From the NCBI GenBank assembly GCA_963768045.1, contig CAVYGG010000005.1, forward strand, positions 487,269 to 551,268: a stretch of 64,000 nucleotides of DNA. The letters are read 5' to 3'. This stretch comes from an uncultured Actinomycetota bacterium. GTDB lineage: Bacteria > Actinomycetota > Actinomycetes > Propionibacteriales > Nocardioidaceae. Position 1 is the first letter of the stretch. Each line of letters starts with the position of its first letter. Below, one piece after another: positions 18,912 through 28,942 of the stretch. The notes under the pieces were generated by a model that worked only from the letters and a program-made list of their open reading frames with translations, was not told where the DNA came from and made no database searches. A program made the position numbers and the translations under genes.

Positions 18912-20042
18912 CTAGTGGTGCTCGGGGGGCTCGGGCGGGTGCTGGTTGGGCGGCGACAGGTAGGGGAACGTGTCGCTCGCCGGGCGGGTGGCTGAGTCGA
19001 CACCGTCGCGGACGGTCGGGCCATGTCCGCCGTTGACGAGCTGGGTGAAGACCGTGTCCATCACGTCGTCGTTCAAGGTCCGTCCCCCGCAGGTCTGGTG
19101 CGGTTCACCACGTCGTGCCGCGAGCTCGATCTCGAGGAACGAACCCTGCTCGACGTAGGGCTTGGTGACGTCGACGACCAGGAAATCGGCCAGGACCAGG
19201 TCCGTCAGGGGGTGGTTGCCGTTCTCGTCCGGCGGCCAGTCCACCTTGCCGTCCAGGCCGTCCCAGAAGGCGAGGTTGGCGTTCAGCCGCGCGCGGTAGG
19301 CACCTCCGTAGGAGTCGCCCAGGTGGAATGCGTCCTCCATGTTGTAGAGGTCACGGATCTCGAGGTCCCGGTTCACCTGGTCGAACTCCTTCGAGGCGAG
19401 CATCATGTTCTTCACCTCGGGTCGCCCGACGCGTTCGATCCGTACCTTGACCGTGCCTCGTGTCAGCGTCTCTGCGACGACACCGAGGAGGCCGGAACCA
19501 CCCAGCAGCCGCGAGTCGATCTCGATCACGAGGCTCAGGACGTTCTTGCCGTCCAGAAAGATCGAGCCGGGATCGGTGAACGCCAGCTCGTGGGTCGCGA
19601 GGGTCGTCAGCGCCGCCCGAGCGTCCATGATGAACGGATCCCAGCGCGCGCCGGCGAAGACCCGCATGCCGCCGCCGGACCCTCCGTCAGGATCGTTCAC
19701 GCGGAACGAGACCCTCTCTCCGGTCGAGGAGGTGCAGGTGCCTTCCTGTGTGGGCTCGTCAGCGGTGGGATCCGGGGAGGAGAAGACGCAGTCGAGGACG
19801 TACTCGTCGTCGGTGGGGACGAACCGCCAGCCTTGACCGCCCGATGCCGGCCCGTTGAGTGGTCGCAGCCTGAAGCGGTAGAGGAGTCCCTTCGAGAACA
19901 GGTCGGAGGGCTTGGCCATCGGCAGCGTGTTCACGACGAGCACGAGACGATCCGCGTGTCGGGGGCTCGGGAAGGCGTACACGTCGGTGATGTCCGCGAT
20001 CGGGTCGGCGATGGCGCGCGGCCCGGAGATGTGGTCCGACAT
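18912..20042 (-). CDS. DUF4331 family protein
   Basis: MSDH..P..DP.ADITDVYAF N-terminus, VFAG..DPF, ERVGRP, GRTLNDDVMD, FPYL..P. Confidence 0.8.
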   Translation of the reverse strand: MSDHISGPRAIADPIADITDVYAFPSPRHADRLVLVVNTLPMAKPSDLFSKGLLYRFRLRPLNGPASGGQGWRFVPTDDEYVLDCVFSSPDPTADEPTQEGTCTSSTGERVSFRVNDPDGGSGGGMRVFAGARWDPFIMDARAALTTLATHELAFTDPGSIFLDGKNVLSLVIEIDSRLLGGSGLLGVVAETLTRGTVKVRIERVGRPEVKNMMLASKEFDQVNRDLEIRDLYNMEDAFHLGDSYGGAYRARLNANLAFWDGLDGKVDWPPDENGNHPLTDLVLADFLVVDVTKPYVEQGSFLEIELAARRGEPHQTCGGRTLNDDVMDTVFTQLVNGGHGPTVRDGVDSATRPASDTFPYLSPPNQHPPEPPEHH

Positions 20043-20070
20043 GGGATTGGCGTTCCCGGTCCCTTGCGCG

Positions 20071-20619
20071 CTAGTCGCCGGCCTCGTCGAGCAGCGGCTG
20101 CATCGCTGGATGCTCGAGGAGCTCGGCGGCCGCCGGGTGGTCGAGAACCTGCTGGAAGGCCGCGTTCACGCGTGCGGCCTTTCGGATCTCCTTGACGGTG
20201 CCGCCGTAGTTGCGGGCGTAGGCCGCTGCCGGCTTCTCGGCCTCCAGGATGAAGCCCTTGAGCGCGGCCAGGTCTGGCAGTCCGTCGTACCCGTCCACGT
20301 GGCGGAAGATGACGTCGAACAGTGTCAGGGTCGGCCCAGAGGAGAAGAAGTCCTCCATGTAGGCGTCCCACGGTCCATCGAAGCTGGTGATGAACGCGAG
20401 CCGGGTGTCCTCGTCGAAGAGGACGAACCGCGCCTCGTGGATCGTCGCGACGGCCATCCCGTAGTCACCCGGCCGATACCCAGGCGTGTCCTGCAGCTCC
20501 AGCAGAGCGCTCCGCAGCGATGGTCCTTCACCGGGCTTCACGTGGAAGAACAAGGTGAACTCGCTCGTCGGACCGACGCTCAAGCCCGGGTGGGACGATT
20601 CGGACGCTGACGCTGCCAT
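20071..20619 (-). CDS. Hypothetical protein, first gene of the DUF4331/DyP operon
   Basis: IHEARFVLF..RLAFITSFDGPWDAYMEDF; plausible RBS (GGAGG); co-oriented with the downstream genes. Confidence 0.75.
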   Translation of the reverse strand: MAASASESSHPGLSVGPTSEFTLFFHVKPGEGPSLRSALLELQDTPGYRPGDYGMAVATIHEARFVLFDEDTRLAFITSFDGPWDAYMEDFFSSGPTLTLFDVIFRHVDGYDGLPDLAALKGFILEAEKPAAAYARNYGGTVKEIRKAARVNAAFQQVLDHPAAAELLEHPAMQPLLDEAGD

Positions 20620-20736
20620 CGATGCCTCCGGGGAAATGGTGAACGCAACAGAACCGGGCCAGCGTGAGCGATTCGAGTCGGCTCTCCGAGCCAGTCCAGG
20701 TTCAGCAGACGCTAGGCGGCGTGAGGCCGCCGCGCC

Positions 20737-20753
20737 TCATCCGTGCTGGGTGA
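20737..20753. promoter_or_regulatory. Palindromic motif TCATCC-GTGCT-GGGTGA (regulon box, exact)
   Basis: About 120 bp upstream of the DyP operon start. Confidence 0.7.
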
Positions 20754-20964
20754 TGCCATCCGAAGAGGACCGCGAGCCCTCTCGCAGCGTCCCCATAGCG
20801 CTCCGTCTTCCACCTGCTCACGTGGACGTTCGCCTGGTGATCCCCGTCCCAGGGAGCATCGCCTCCTGACAGTTGGTTGGTTGGCTCCACGTGGGAGTCG
20901 CCTGCTGACAGCAGTCCCGCCGGCCGGTAAGTTGACCCGCCCGACAGTCATTCCGGGAGTGTCC

Positions 20965-21744
20965 ATGGACCAGCCGCTCCGCGTGCTCGTGAGCGCAGGC
21001 GCCTCCGGAATCGGAGCCTCGATCGCCGAACGTTTCCGGGCCGACGGCGCCAACGTGAGCATCTGCGACCGTGATCAGGCCGCCGTTCGCATCGCTACCG
21101 AGATCGACCCGACCCTCCACGCCGTGGTCGGCGATGTCGCCGACGCCGGTGACACGGAGCGCTGGGTCGAGGCGGTTGTCGACCTGTGGGGAGGTGTCGA
21201 CGTTCTCGTCAACAACGCGGGCATCGCCGGCCCCACAGCTCTGGTCGAGGACATCGACCCCGAAGCCTGGCGCGACTGCCTTGCGGTCAACATAGGCAGC
21301 CACTTCCTCATGGCCCGACTCGTCATCCCGCACATGAAGAAGCAGCAATCCGGCGCGATCGTGGCCATCTCGTCCACGGCCGGGCTCTACGGCTACGGCA
21401 TGCGCACGCCGTACGCCGCCGCCAAGTGGGCGGTCATCGGTTTCACGAAGTCGCTCGCCGTCGAGCTCGGCCCCTTCGGCATCCGCGCCAACGTCGTGGC
21501 CCCCGGTGCCGTCGAGGGTCCCCGCATGGGCCGGGTCATCGAGGCTGAGGCCGCCCAGCGCGGGATCTCGGCTGACGTCGTGCAGCGAGAGTACGTCGGG
21601 AGCCAGTCGATTCCGCGCTTCGTCAAGCCCTCGGAGATCGCCGACGTGTGTGCGTTCCTGGCCTCATCGCACGCCTCGATGGTCAACGGCCAGGTGATCG
21701 CCGTGGACGGCAACACCGAAACGTTCCACATCGCGTCGCGCTGA
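20965..21744 (+). CDS. SDR family oxidoreductase
   Basis: SAGASGIG, NNAG, YAAAKW catalytic motif, VAPG. Confidence 0.93.
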   Translation: MDQPLRVLVSAGASGIGASIAERFRADGANVSICDRDQAAVRIATEIDPTLHAVVGDVADAGDTERWVEAVVDLWGGVDVLVNNAGIAGPTALVEDIDPEAWRDCLAVNIGSHFLMARLVIPHMKKQQSGAIVAISSTAGLYGYGMRTPYAAAKWAVIGFTKSLAVELGPFGIRANVVAPGAVEGPRMGRVIEAEAAQRGISADVVQREYVGSQSIPRFVKPSEIADVCAFLASSHASMVNGQVIAVDGNTETFHIASR

Positions 21745-21820
21745 TCCCGGCATCGGTCGTGCTGACGGAGTCGACGACCTTTCGCTAGGGTTGATCGAAC
21801 AATCAGTCAGGAGTCCTGCG

Positions 21821-23050
21821 ATGGATCCCAGCAACGTGGCGACCGACATCGCTTCGCCGACCACTACCCCGGAGTCGCGAGCCAGCCAGAAGCCGCCGAC
21901 CGCCACGCGCAGCCTGCCGGGCATCGCCTACACCGATCCACTGCTGTACGAGCAAGAGCTCACCGAGGTCTTCGAGCGAGCGTGGACCCTCGTCGGCCAC
22001 ATCTCCGAGCTGTCCGAGCCGGGCCACTACGTCACCGCGAACGTCGGACGCGAGCCGGTCCTCGTGGTCCGCGGCCACGACGGGGAATTGCGCGCCATGT
22101 CGAACGTCTGCCGGCATCGGGCTTCGACGATCCTCGAGGGCACCGGTCAGACCCGCTCGGTCATGCGCTGCCCCTATCACGCGTGGACCTACGAGCTCGA
22201 CGGTCAGTTGGCGGCTGCGCCGTCCGGCCAGGGGTTCGCCTGCCTCGACCGCGACCAGGTGGCCCTGCCGCAGTTCCGGGTCGGTGTCGTCGGTGGCCTG
22301 GTGTTCTGCTGCACCCACCCCGAGCAGATGTCGCTGGGGGAAATGCTCGGCCCGGTGGGGCCGTATCTCGAATGGCTGAACGTGTCCGGCCTGCAGGTGC
22401 AACGCGGTCCCGAAGGCGCCCGGTGGACCGAGGACTTCGAGGAGAACTGGAAGATCCTCGCCGACAACTATTTCGAGGACTACCACGTCCCCGTGGCCCA
22501 TCCGACCCTGGTGCGACTGGTCGACGTCAAGGAGACCATCGGCGACAACAACGACTGGTGCGAGTGGTCCCGGGTGCCGTACCGCACCCGGCCGTCCCGC
22601 GACCCCCGCGAGCGCGAGTACCAGAGCCTCAGGCGCCGGATGCCAGGGATGCCCGAGGAGTTCGAGAACGCCATGGGCCACGTCTGCATCTGGCCGACGA
22701 CGTTCTTCGAGATCTACCCGCACCACATCGACATGTGGCAGCTGGAGCCCGCGGGGCTGCAGCGGACCCGGGCGACGACCATGACGCTCGTGCACCCGGA
22801 CGAGGGTGAGCAGGACCGCCGGGCGCGCGAGCTGATGCGCGAGCTCAACGTGGACATCATGGGCCAGGACGTCGACATCACCACCCGCGTGCAGCGCGGC
22901 GTCCAGGCGCCGTCGTACCACTCGGGCATCCTCAACGACGAGCAGGAGTTCTCGGTGATTCGCTTCCAGCAGCGGCTGCGCGAGCTGCTGCCGCGGATCG
23001 CCGAGCTCGAGGCAACGGCCACGGGGGAGCGCAGCGTTGCCTCACCCTGA
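21821..23050 (+). CDS. Rieske non-heme iron oxygenase alpha subunit (choline/carnitine monooxygenase-like)
   Basis: NVCRHR...CPYHAWTY Rieske cluster; ENWKI.ADNYFEDYH....H mononuclear iron site; QDVDI..VQRG. Confidence 0.9.
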   Translation: MDPSNVATDIASPTTTPESRASQKPPTATRSLPGIAYTDPLLYEQELTEVFERAWTLVGHISELSEPGHYVTANVGREPVLVVRGHDGELRAMSNVCRHRASTILEGTGQTRSVMRCPYHAWTYELDGQLAAAPSGQGFACLDRDQVALPQFRVGVVGGLVFCCTHPEQMSLGEMLGPVGPYLEWLNVSGLQVQRGPEGARWTEDFEENWKILADNYFEDYHVPVAHPTLVRLVDVKETIGDNNDWCEWSRVPYRTRPSRDPREREYQSLRRRMPGMPEEFENAMGHVCIWPTTFFEIYPHHIDMWQLEPAGLQRTRATTMTLVHPDEGEQDRRARELMRELNVDIMGQDVDITTRVQRGVQAPSYHSGILNDEQEFSVIRFQQRLRELLPRIAELEATATGERSVASP

Positions 23051-23405
23051 CGCGTGGCTCTTCCTGCCTCCCGAGGTCGAGGCATTGGTGCCGCGACTGC
23101 TGGCTCGCCTCGCCGCCACCGGGGGCGGCTCGCCGGAGGACGTCGAGCGCGACCTGCGCAATCGCATCGAGACGCTGATCCTCGAGGGCGACGCCGAGCA
23201 GTGGCGGATGTTCCTGCGCGAAGCGACCAAGGTGGTGGCCGAGTACGCCGGCAACGACGCAGAGGCGCGCACGGTGCTCGCCTCGATCCTTGACGATCAG
23301 TTCTTGCTCGCTCGCGCCGTGGTTGACCTCGAACGCACCGACCTCGACGCACGCGAGCAGCTGGCCCGCGCCGGCGCGACGCCCCCGCGCTCGAGCCGCG
23401 TGTAA
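23037..23405 (+). CDS. Hypothetical all-alpha protein
   Basis: 122-aa ORF overlapping the Rieske stop; GGAG upstream; natural-looking amino-acid composition. Confidence 0.6.
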   Translation: MPHPDAWLFLPPEVEALVPRLLARLAATGGGSPEDVERDLRNRIETLILEGDAEQWRMFLREATKVVAEYAGNDAEARTVLASILDDQFLLARAVVDLERTDLDAREQLARAGATPPRSSRV

Positions 23406-23736
23406 GCCCGCACGAGGATCGGGACGTGTCCTCATGTCCGAGAGCTCGTCGTGCCGACCGGCGCGGGGCGTGACAATTTGCAACCCTCCAGCGCTGTACA
23501 AGTGAGGCGAGCATGGTGCGAAGGGGGTCGAGCCAGGCGGTCGTTCGGAGGAACACTCGTGACGCCCTCACGTCGCGGCCCCCGACGATCGGTGGATGCC
23601 GCGTGTGAACGCGCTGGCCCCCGTGAGCTGGCGGAGAGCACGTGGCAGGCGACCACCTCGCCCATGCTCGTCTCCCGCAGCGAAGCCGACCGTTCGGCCG
23701 ATGCAGAACTGGACTCCCGCTGTCCGGCACGCGGCG

Positions 23737-25122
23737 TCAACGAGGATCGAAGATGCTGGGCTGTAGCTGCTCGCCGGCGAGGAGGCGAGCAACGCGCTCC
23801 CCGCCGTAGATCGACGGCAGAAAGCCGACGCCGTTGCAGCCGAGGTTGTAGTGGAGCCTGGGGTGACGAGGGTGGACCCCGACGACTCGCACTCCGCCGT
23901 CGTTGTAGCCCATGAGACCGTGCCATTGGAAGTCGTAGGGGAGACCCGGTGGTCGCGCCGGCTGTGCGAACGGGCGGACCTGCTCGTCCATAGCGCCCAG
24001 AAGCGTCCCCGGGAACGGGCTGTTTGGGTCGTACGCCGGTCCGTGGAACGGGTACTCCGGTCCGCCCATGCAGGTCAGAGTGACGGTGTCGTCGGCTCGG
24101 TCGTAGGTGCGCCGGGTGACGTAGACGTATGCCGTGTCATCGCCGATGGTGGTGTTGCGGATGTAGCTCATCGCAGCGGGAGCGCGCGGCTGGTCGACGA
24201 AGGCGGTCATGTAGGCGACTCGGCCCGTCACCAGTTGATCGGACGCCAACCGAATGGGCTCTCCGGCATGGTCGGCCACGACATGGTCCACGAACCCGTT
24301 GGTGCACAGCACCACCTCGGACGACGCCACTGAGTGGCCTCGGGTCTGCACCACAACCCGATCGTCACTGACGACGACTCGGTCGACGCCGGTGTGGTCG
24401 ACGTACTTGAAGCGTTCCGGATAGTGACGCTCCAGGTACGCGAGTACCTGTTGGACGAGGACGCCGCTGTTGGCGCACCCTTTGCGGTCGGAGAGAACGG
24501 CCCGATACCGGTCGTCGCGGGTCTCCAGCACCTCCCGGACTCGCGCCTGGGGGACCAGGCTGTAGAGGCCGGCGAACTCTGCGGGGATCTGGGACACGAA
24601 CTCGGCCTCGTCGGAAACCAGGCACGTCTCGAGGTGCAGACCGCCCTGCCGGCGCACCAGATTGCTCCGCAGGTGCACGAGCACGTGGTGCAGGTTGAAC
24701 ATGCCCATGTGGCCGGTGAACCGCTCCACTCGAACAGAGGCCTCGCTCTCGTCGACCACCCTGTCGAGCAGGTCGTGCGCATGGTCGAAACCGTCCTGCG
24801 CCTCAGCCGCCATCTCCACGCCGAACTCGTCGGCGATATCGCACAGCGGGCGCTCGAAGTACGTCGTGAGCTGGCCCGCGTTGCGCCCCGTCGCACCCCA
24901 CCCCACTCGGTCCCGCTCCACCAGCAGCACCCGCCTCGCCGTGTCACGCAAGGTGAAGAAGGCCGTCGCAACCCCCGCGATGCCGGCACCGACGATCACG
25001 ACGTCGGTTCGGGCATCCCCATCCAGCGGTCTGGGTGGACCGTCGGGCGCGAACTGGGCGATCCACGGGGACCTGCTGGGCTGGTCCTCATAGGCCACGC
25101 CACCCGACGAGGAGCCATCCAT
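23737..25122 (-). CDS. FAD-dependent oxidoreductase (DAO / gamma-glutamylputrescine oxidase-like)
   Basis: DVVIVGAGIAG, GATGRNAG, VVLCTNG, WHGLMGY, GCNGVG. Confidence 0.88.
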   Translation of the reverse strand: MDGSSSGGVAYEDQPSRSPWIAQFAPDGPPRPLDGDARTDVVIVGAGIAGVATAFFTLRDTARRVLLVERDRVGWGATGRNAGQLTTYFERPLCDIADEFGVEMAAEAQDGFDHAHDLLDRVVDESEASVRVERFTGHMGMFNLHHVLVHLRSNLVRRQGGLHLETCLVSDEAEFVSQIPAEFAGLYSLVPQARVREVLETRDDRYRAVLSDRKGCANSGVLVQQVLAYLERHYPERFKYVDHTGVDRVVVSDDRVVVQTRGHSVASSEVVLCTNGFVDHVVADHAGEPIRLASDQLVTGRVAYMTAFVDQPRAPAAMSYIRNTTIGDDTAYVYVTRRTYDRADDTVTLTCMGGPEYPFHGPAYDPNSPFPGTLLGAMDEQVRPFAQPARPPGLPYDFQWHGLMGYNDGGVRVVGVHPRHPRLHYNLGCNGVGFLPSIYGGERVARLLAGEQLQPSIFDPR

Positions 25123-25311
25123 CCGAGCGATTCAACCATCTGCCCTCGAGCACCGACAGGTCCCCCTGAGAGGTGCGTTTCTGCCACCTACAGTCGTGGG
25201 GGCGGAACCGGTCCGGGGCAGCTGGGGCTCGCGGTGATCTGTTCGCTCGTACAGCGGTCATCGCTAGGCGGGCATAGCGTGGATGAGCGTCTCGGGGGGA
25301 GGGAGCTCGTC

Positions 25312-25476
25312 ATGGTGCCGATGTTCGAGATTGCGTTCGTGATCGTGTGTGTAGTGCTCGGCCTGTGGTGGTTCCGGCGGACGAGCCTCTATCGGGCTCA
25401 CCGGAGGTCGGGAATCGACCCAGGTCAGTCCGGGACCAACCGGTCCAGCTATATCGGCGGTGGTGACGCAGGCTAG
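25312..25476 (+). CDS. Small single-pass membrane protein
   Basis: MVPMFEIAFVIVCVVLGLWWFRR...; GGAGGGAG RBS upstream. Confidence 0.5.
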   Translation: MVPMFEIAFVIVCVVLGLWWFRRTSLYRAHRRSGIDPGQSGTNRSSYIGGGDAG

Positions 25477-25530
25477 AACGGCGCCCAACGGGCGAGCCCG
25501 GGGTGGCTGCGCGCCTGAAGCGGTCAAGGG

Positions 25531-26469
25531 TCAGGCGGAGCCGCCCTGGTACGTACGGCGGTAGGCCGTCGGCGTGACGCCGAGCCGTCTGGCGAGGTGG
25601 AGTCTCAGGTTCCCTCCCGTACCGAGCCCGCTGAGCTCGGCAATCTGCTCGATCGACAGGTCGGTCGTCTCGAGTAGCCGGCGGGCCTCGTCCAGACGCT
25701 GCGCGGCCAGCCAGCGCAGGGGCGTGCTCCCGTTCTCGGCCAGGAAACGGCGGGCGAACGTGCGCGGTGCCCATCCCGCGTGCCGGGCCATGTCGTCGAC
25801 GGTCAGCGGCTCGGACAGATGGGTCACCATCCAGGCGCAGGTGGCAGCCAGGCCGTCACCCGCCGCAGGCAGCGGCCGCGTGAGGAACTGCGCCTGGCCG
25901 CCGTCGCGGTACGGCGCGACCACCATCGCGCGGGCCAGGCCCGCCGCAACCGTCGCGCCGTGGTCCTGCCGCACCACGTGAAGGCACAGGTCGATCCCGG
26001 CAGCGAGCCCGGCGCTGGTCAGGATCTGACCTGCGTCGACGAACAGCACATCGGGGTCCACGTCGACCTCCGGGTAGCACTCGGCCAGTTCGGCGGCGGC
26101 CGCCCAGTGGGTCGCCGCGCCCTTGCCGTCGAGAAGGCCGGCGCCGGCGAGCGCGAACGCGCCCGTGCACACAGACATCAGGCGGGCACCACGCGCAGCG
26201 GCGGCGCGTAACGCCTCGCAGATCTCGTCGCTGGGGCGGTCGTTGGGCACGTAGCCCGGAACGACGACGGTGTCCGCCTCGGCCAGCGCGTCGAGGCCCC
26301 GGCTCGCGAGGAGCGAGTATCCGGTGGTCGTCGGAACCGGCCCGGGAGTCGGAGCGCAGACCTCGAACGAGTACGGCGCGGGAGCGGCCCAGCGGCCGAA
26401 CATCTGGGCCGGGATGGACAGATCGAAGGCGACGACCTGGGGGATGGCCAGCGCCACCACGCGATGCAC
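25531..26469 (-). CDS. GlxA-family (DJ-1 + AraC) transcriptional regulator
   Basis: SVCTGAF.LA.AGLLDG..ATHW, TSAG..AGIDL; AraC HTHs RTFARRF and LLETTDLSIEQIA. Confidence 0.92.
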   Translation of the reverse strand: MHRVVALAIPQVVAFDLSIPAQMFGRWAAPAPYSFEVCAPTPGPVPTTTGYSLLASRGLDALAEADTVVVPGYVPNDRPSDEICEALRAAAARGARLMSVCTGAFALAGAGLLDGKGAATHWAAAAELAECYPEVDVDPDVLFVDAGQILTSAGLAAGIDLCLHVVRQDHGATVAAGLARAMVVAPYRDGGQAQFLTRPLPAAGDGLAATCAWMVTHLSEPLTVDDMARHAGWAPRTFARRFLAENGSTPLRWLAAQRLDEARRLLETTDLSIEQIAELSGLGTGGNLRLHLARRLGVTPTAYRRTYQGGSA

Positions 26470-26510
26470 GGGGCGATCGTGCCACATCGGCAGGCAGTAT
26501 CCTCACGAAT

Positions 26511-26528
26511 AGTGGCATTCATGCCACT
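26511..26528. promoter_or_regulatory. Inverted repeat AGTGGCAT-TC-ATGCCACT in the divergent GlxA/DJ-1 intergenic region
   Basis: Perfect 8-bp arms. Confidence 0.5.
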
Positions 26529-26563
26529 CGCGCACTCCACGCCCTCGTCCGACGATGGACGGC

Positions 26564-27187
26564 ATGACCACCGTTCCGAGCGCGCGTCCCGGCCCCGAGG
26601 ACCCCCACCACATCGGCATCCTGTTGTTCGACGGCGTCGAGGAGCTCGACGCGGTCGGCCCCTGGGAGGTGCTCGCCTGGTGGACCCGGTCGTTCCCCGA
26701 GGACGGCTACACCGCATCGACGTTCTCGACCGACGGCACCGCTGTGACCGGTAACAAGGGGCTGGTCATCCAGCCCCACCACTCACGTGACGACGTGCCG
26801 GAGATGGCCGTCCTCCTGCACCCGGGCGGCGACACCCGAGCGCTGAGCGATGACCCGGAGCACCTCGAGTGGCTCCGCAAGCAGCGCACGGTCGTCCCAC
26901 TCCTGACCAGCGTCTGTACCGGCTCGCTGGTCTACGCAAAGGCGGGGCTGCTCCGCGACCGGCCGGCGACGACGTACTGGGGCGCCCTCGGCGGCCTCAC
27001 TGAGAACGACCCGACCATCGAGGTCCGCCCGGACGCGCGGTGGGTCGACGACGGTGACGTCGTCACGGCGGCGGGTGTCAGCGCCGGCATCGACATGGCG
27101 CTGCACCTGGTGGTCCGGCTGGCCGGCCCGGACCGGGCCCGGGAGGTGCGTCGCGGCATCCAGTACGACCCCGAGCCACCGGTCTGA
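26564..27187 (+). CDS. DJ-1/PfpI family protein (isonitrile hydratase-like)
   Basis: GVEELDAVGP, HPGG, SVCTGS, TAAGVSAGIDMAL, IQYDPEPP. Confidence 0.9.
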   Translation: MTTVPSARPGPEDPHHIGILLFDGVEELDAVGPWEVLAWWTRSFPEDGYTASTFSTDGTAVTGNKGLVIQPHHSRDDVPEMAVLLHPGGDTRALSDDPEHLEWLRKQRTVVPLLTSVCTGSLVYAKAGLLRDRPATTYWGALGGLTENDPTIEVRPDARWVDDGDVVTAAGVSAGIDMALHLVVRLAGPDRAREVRRGIQYDPEPPV

Positions 27188-27582
27188 TCGACGGGCCCGC
27201 CCGAACCCCCGGCGCGGTCTCGTTGCCGCTACGGGCGTGGAAGGCGGCCGAGGCCACACCACGTCGTGAGGACGCCCGGTCTCCCGTCCGGGTCGAAGTC
27301 GTCGAAGATGATGGTGGGAGTGTCGGGGTCGTCGCGGTCCACGAGGAACGTCCTCCGGTCGAGTGGCATGGCCTCCTTGGCGAGGCCGTCCTCGCTGACG
27401 AGCAGTCTCTTAGTGCGAGGCGAGAGGTCGGGGCGGCTCGAACCTGAGGCGGAGCTCAATCCTCCAGGAATCCAGCCTGGTCCTACGTTCCTAGTCCCAC
27501 GCCTCGGCGCCTCGGCTGGAAGCAATGCGTCCCCCGGTTTGTTCACGTGGAGGTGGAGCAACTCTCGACGGAGGTGCCGGTC

Positions 27583-28137
27583 ATGGCGTCCAACGAAGTC
27601 AGAATCAGCACCGAGCGACTGGTGATGGGACCGTGGACTCCCGAGGACGCGTCAGCAGGCCTGTCGATCTTCGGCAGCGACGAGGTCACGCACTGGCTCA
27701 CCCCAGCCATGGAGCCTATCCACGATGACGCCGGGATGCTGACCGCGCTGGACGAGTGGGCCAAGGAGGATGTCGATGCAGTGCCTCCGGTCGGGCATTG
27801 GGCCGTGCGACGTGTCCAGGACGACGCCTTGGTCGGGTCGATCACCCTACGTCGGATGCCGCCCTTCCAGGAGGATCTCGAGCTGGCCTGGCAGTTCAGT
27901 CCGAGCTATTGGGGGAACGGCTACGCGACGGAGGCTGCCAGGGCCGTGGCTGCCTGGGCCTTCGAACGATCGGCACACGAGGTGTTCGCCGTGATGCGAC
28001 CTGCCAACGAGCGAGCGGAGAAGGTCGCGCGCCGGTTGGGGATGCAGTGGGTCGGGGAGACGAACAAGTACTACGACCTGCGCCTCCAGGTGTATCGCCT
28101 GAGGCCGACGGACCTCGCCCCGGTCAGCGATCCCTAG
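27583..28137 (+). CDS. GNAT N-acetyltransferase (RimJ/RimL type)
   Basis: TERLVM, YWGNGYATEAARA, N..A.KVARRLGM. Confidence 0.9.
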   Translation: MASNEVRISTERLVMGPWTPEDASAGLSIFGSDEVTHWLTPAMEPIHDDAGMLTALDEWAKEDVDAVPPVGHWAVRRVQDDALVGSITLRRMPPFQEDLELAWQFSPSYWGNGYATEAARAVAAWAFERSAHEVFAVMRPANERAEKVARRLGMQWVGETNKYYDLRLQVYRLRPTDLAPVSDP

Positions 28138-28194
28138 CCGCCGCTCTGCCGCCCCACACTGGCGCGCGGGCCGTTGCCCGCCCCAGTCGCGGAG

Positions 28195-28872
28195 TCAGTC
28201 CACGTGGGGGTCGAGGTGTGGGTCGGGGTGCGTGTTCGGGTCGCCGCGGGCTGCCCGGACGAGCATGCGCTCTCCCGGGCGCCCGAAGATGCTCAGCACC
28301 TCCGCCGGGCCCTCCCCGGTGCTGCCGAACCAGTGCGGCACCTGGGTGTCGAACTCGGCTGCCTCACCCACGGCCAGCACCACGTCGCGGTCACCGAGGA
28401 TGAGGCGCATCCGGCCGGCCAACACGTACAGCCACTCGAAACCGTCGTGCGTGCGCGGTTTCGGAGTCGCCTGCGACACCGGGATGACGATCTTCCACGC
28501 CTGTACGCCGCCGGGCCGGGTCAGCGGGAGCACGGTGCGCCCGTTCACCCGGCGTGGCTTGAGCCGGATCCGAGGGTCGCCGACCTCCGGGGCTCCGACC
28601 AGGTCGTCGATCGGCACCCGGTACACCTGTGCCAGTGGCAGCAGCAGTTCCAGGCTCGGTCGGCGCTGCCCGTTCTCCAGCCGCGACAGCGTGCTCTTCG
28701 AGATGCCGGCGTGGGCAGCGGCCACGGTCAACGTCAGCCCACGCTGTGTGCGTATCCGCCGCAATCGCGGACCCACCAGGACGAGCGCCGCGGCGATCGC
28801 CGTCGCGCCCTCCGGGGCATGACGCTCTCGTCGGGTCGGCGGCGGGTTCGCCTCAGTCGTCACGCCGCCCAT
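28195..28872 (-). CDS. XRE-family HTH + cupin transcriptional regulator
   Basis: GISKSTLSRLENGQRRPSLELL; THDGFEWLYVL..FDTQVPH. Confidence 0.92.
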   Translation of the reverse strand: MGGVTTEANPPPTRRERHAPEGATAIAAALVLVGPRLRRIRTQRGLTLTVAAAHAGISKSTLSRLENGQRRPSLELLLPLAQVYRVPIDDLVGAPEVGDPRIRLKPRRVNGRTVLPLTRPGGVQAWKIVIPVSQATPKPRTHDGFEWLYVLAGRMRLILGDRDVVLAVGEAAEFDTQVPHWFGSTGEGPAEVLSIFGRPGERMLVRAARGDPNTHPDPHLDPHVD

Positions 28873-28942
28873 TGGACCTCACTCGTCCCGAAAACAGCAA
28901 CAATCGTTGTTCTCAGCCTCGAAACCCGCGACGCTCCTGAGC

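Noticed and set aside
27229-27420. Possible C-terminal fragment of a hydrolase-like gene on the minus strand (AMPLDRRTFLVDRDDPDTPTIIFDDFDPDGRPGVL)
   Set aside because: It looks coding-like but is too short to assign without a search.
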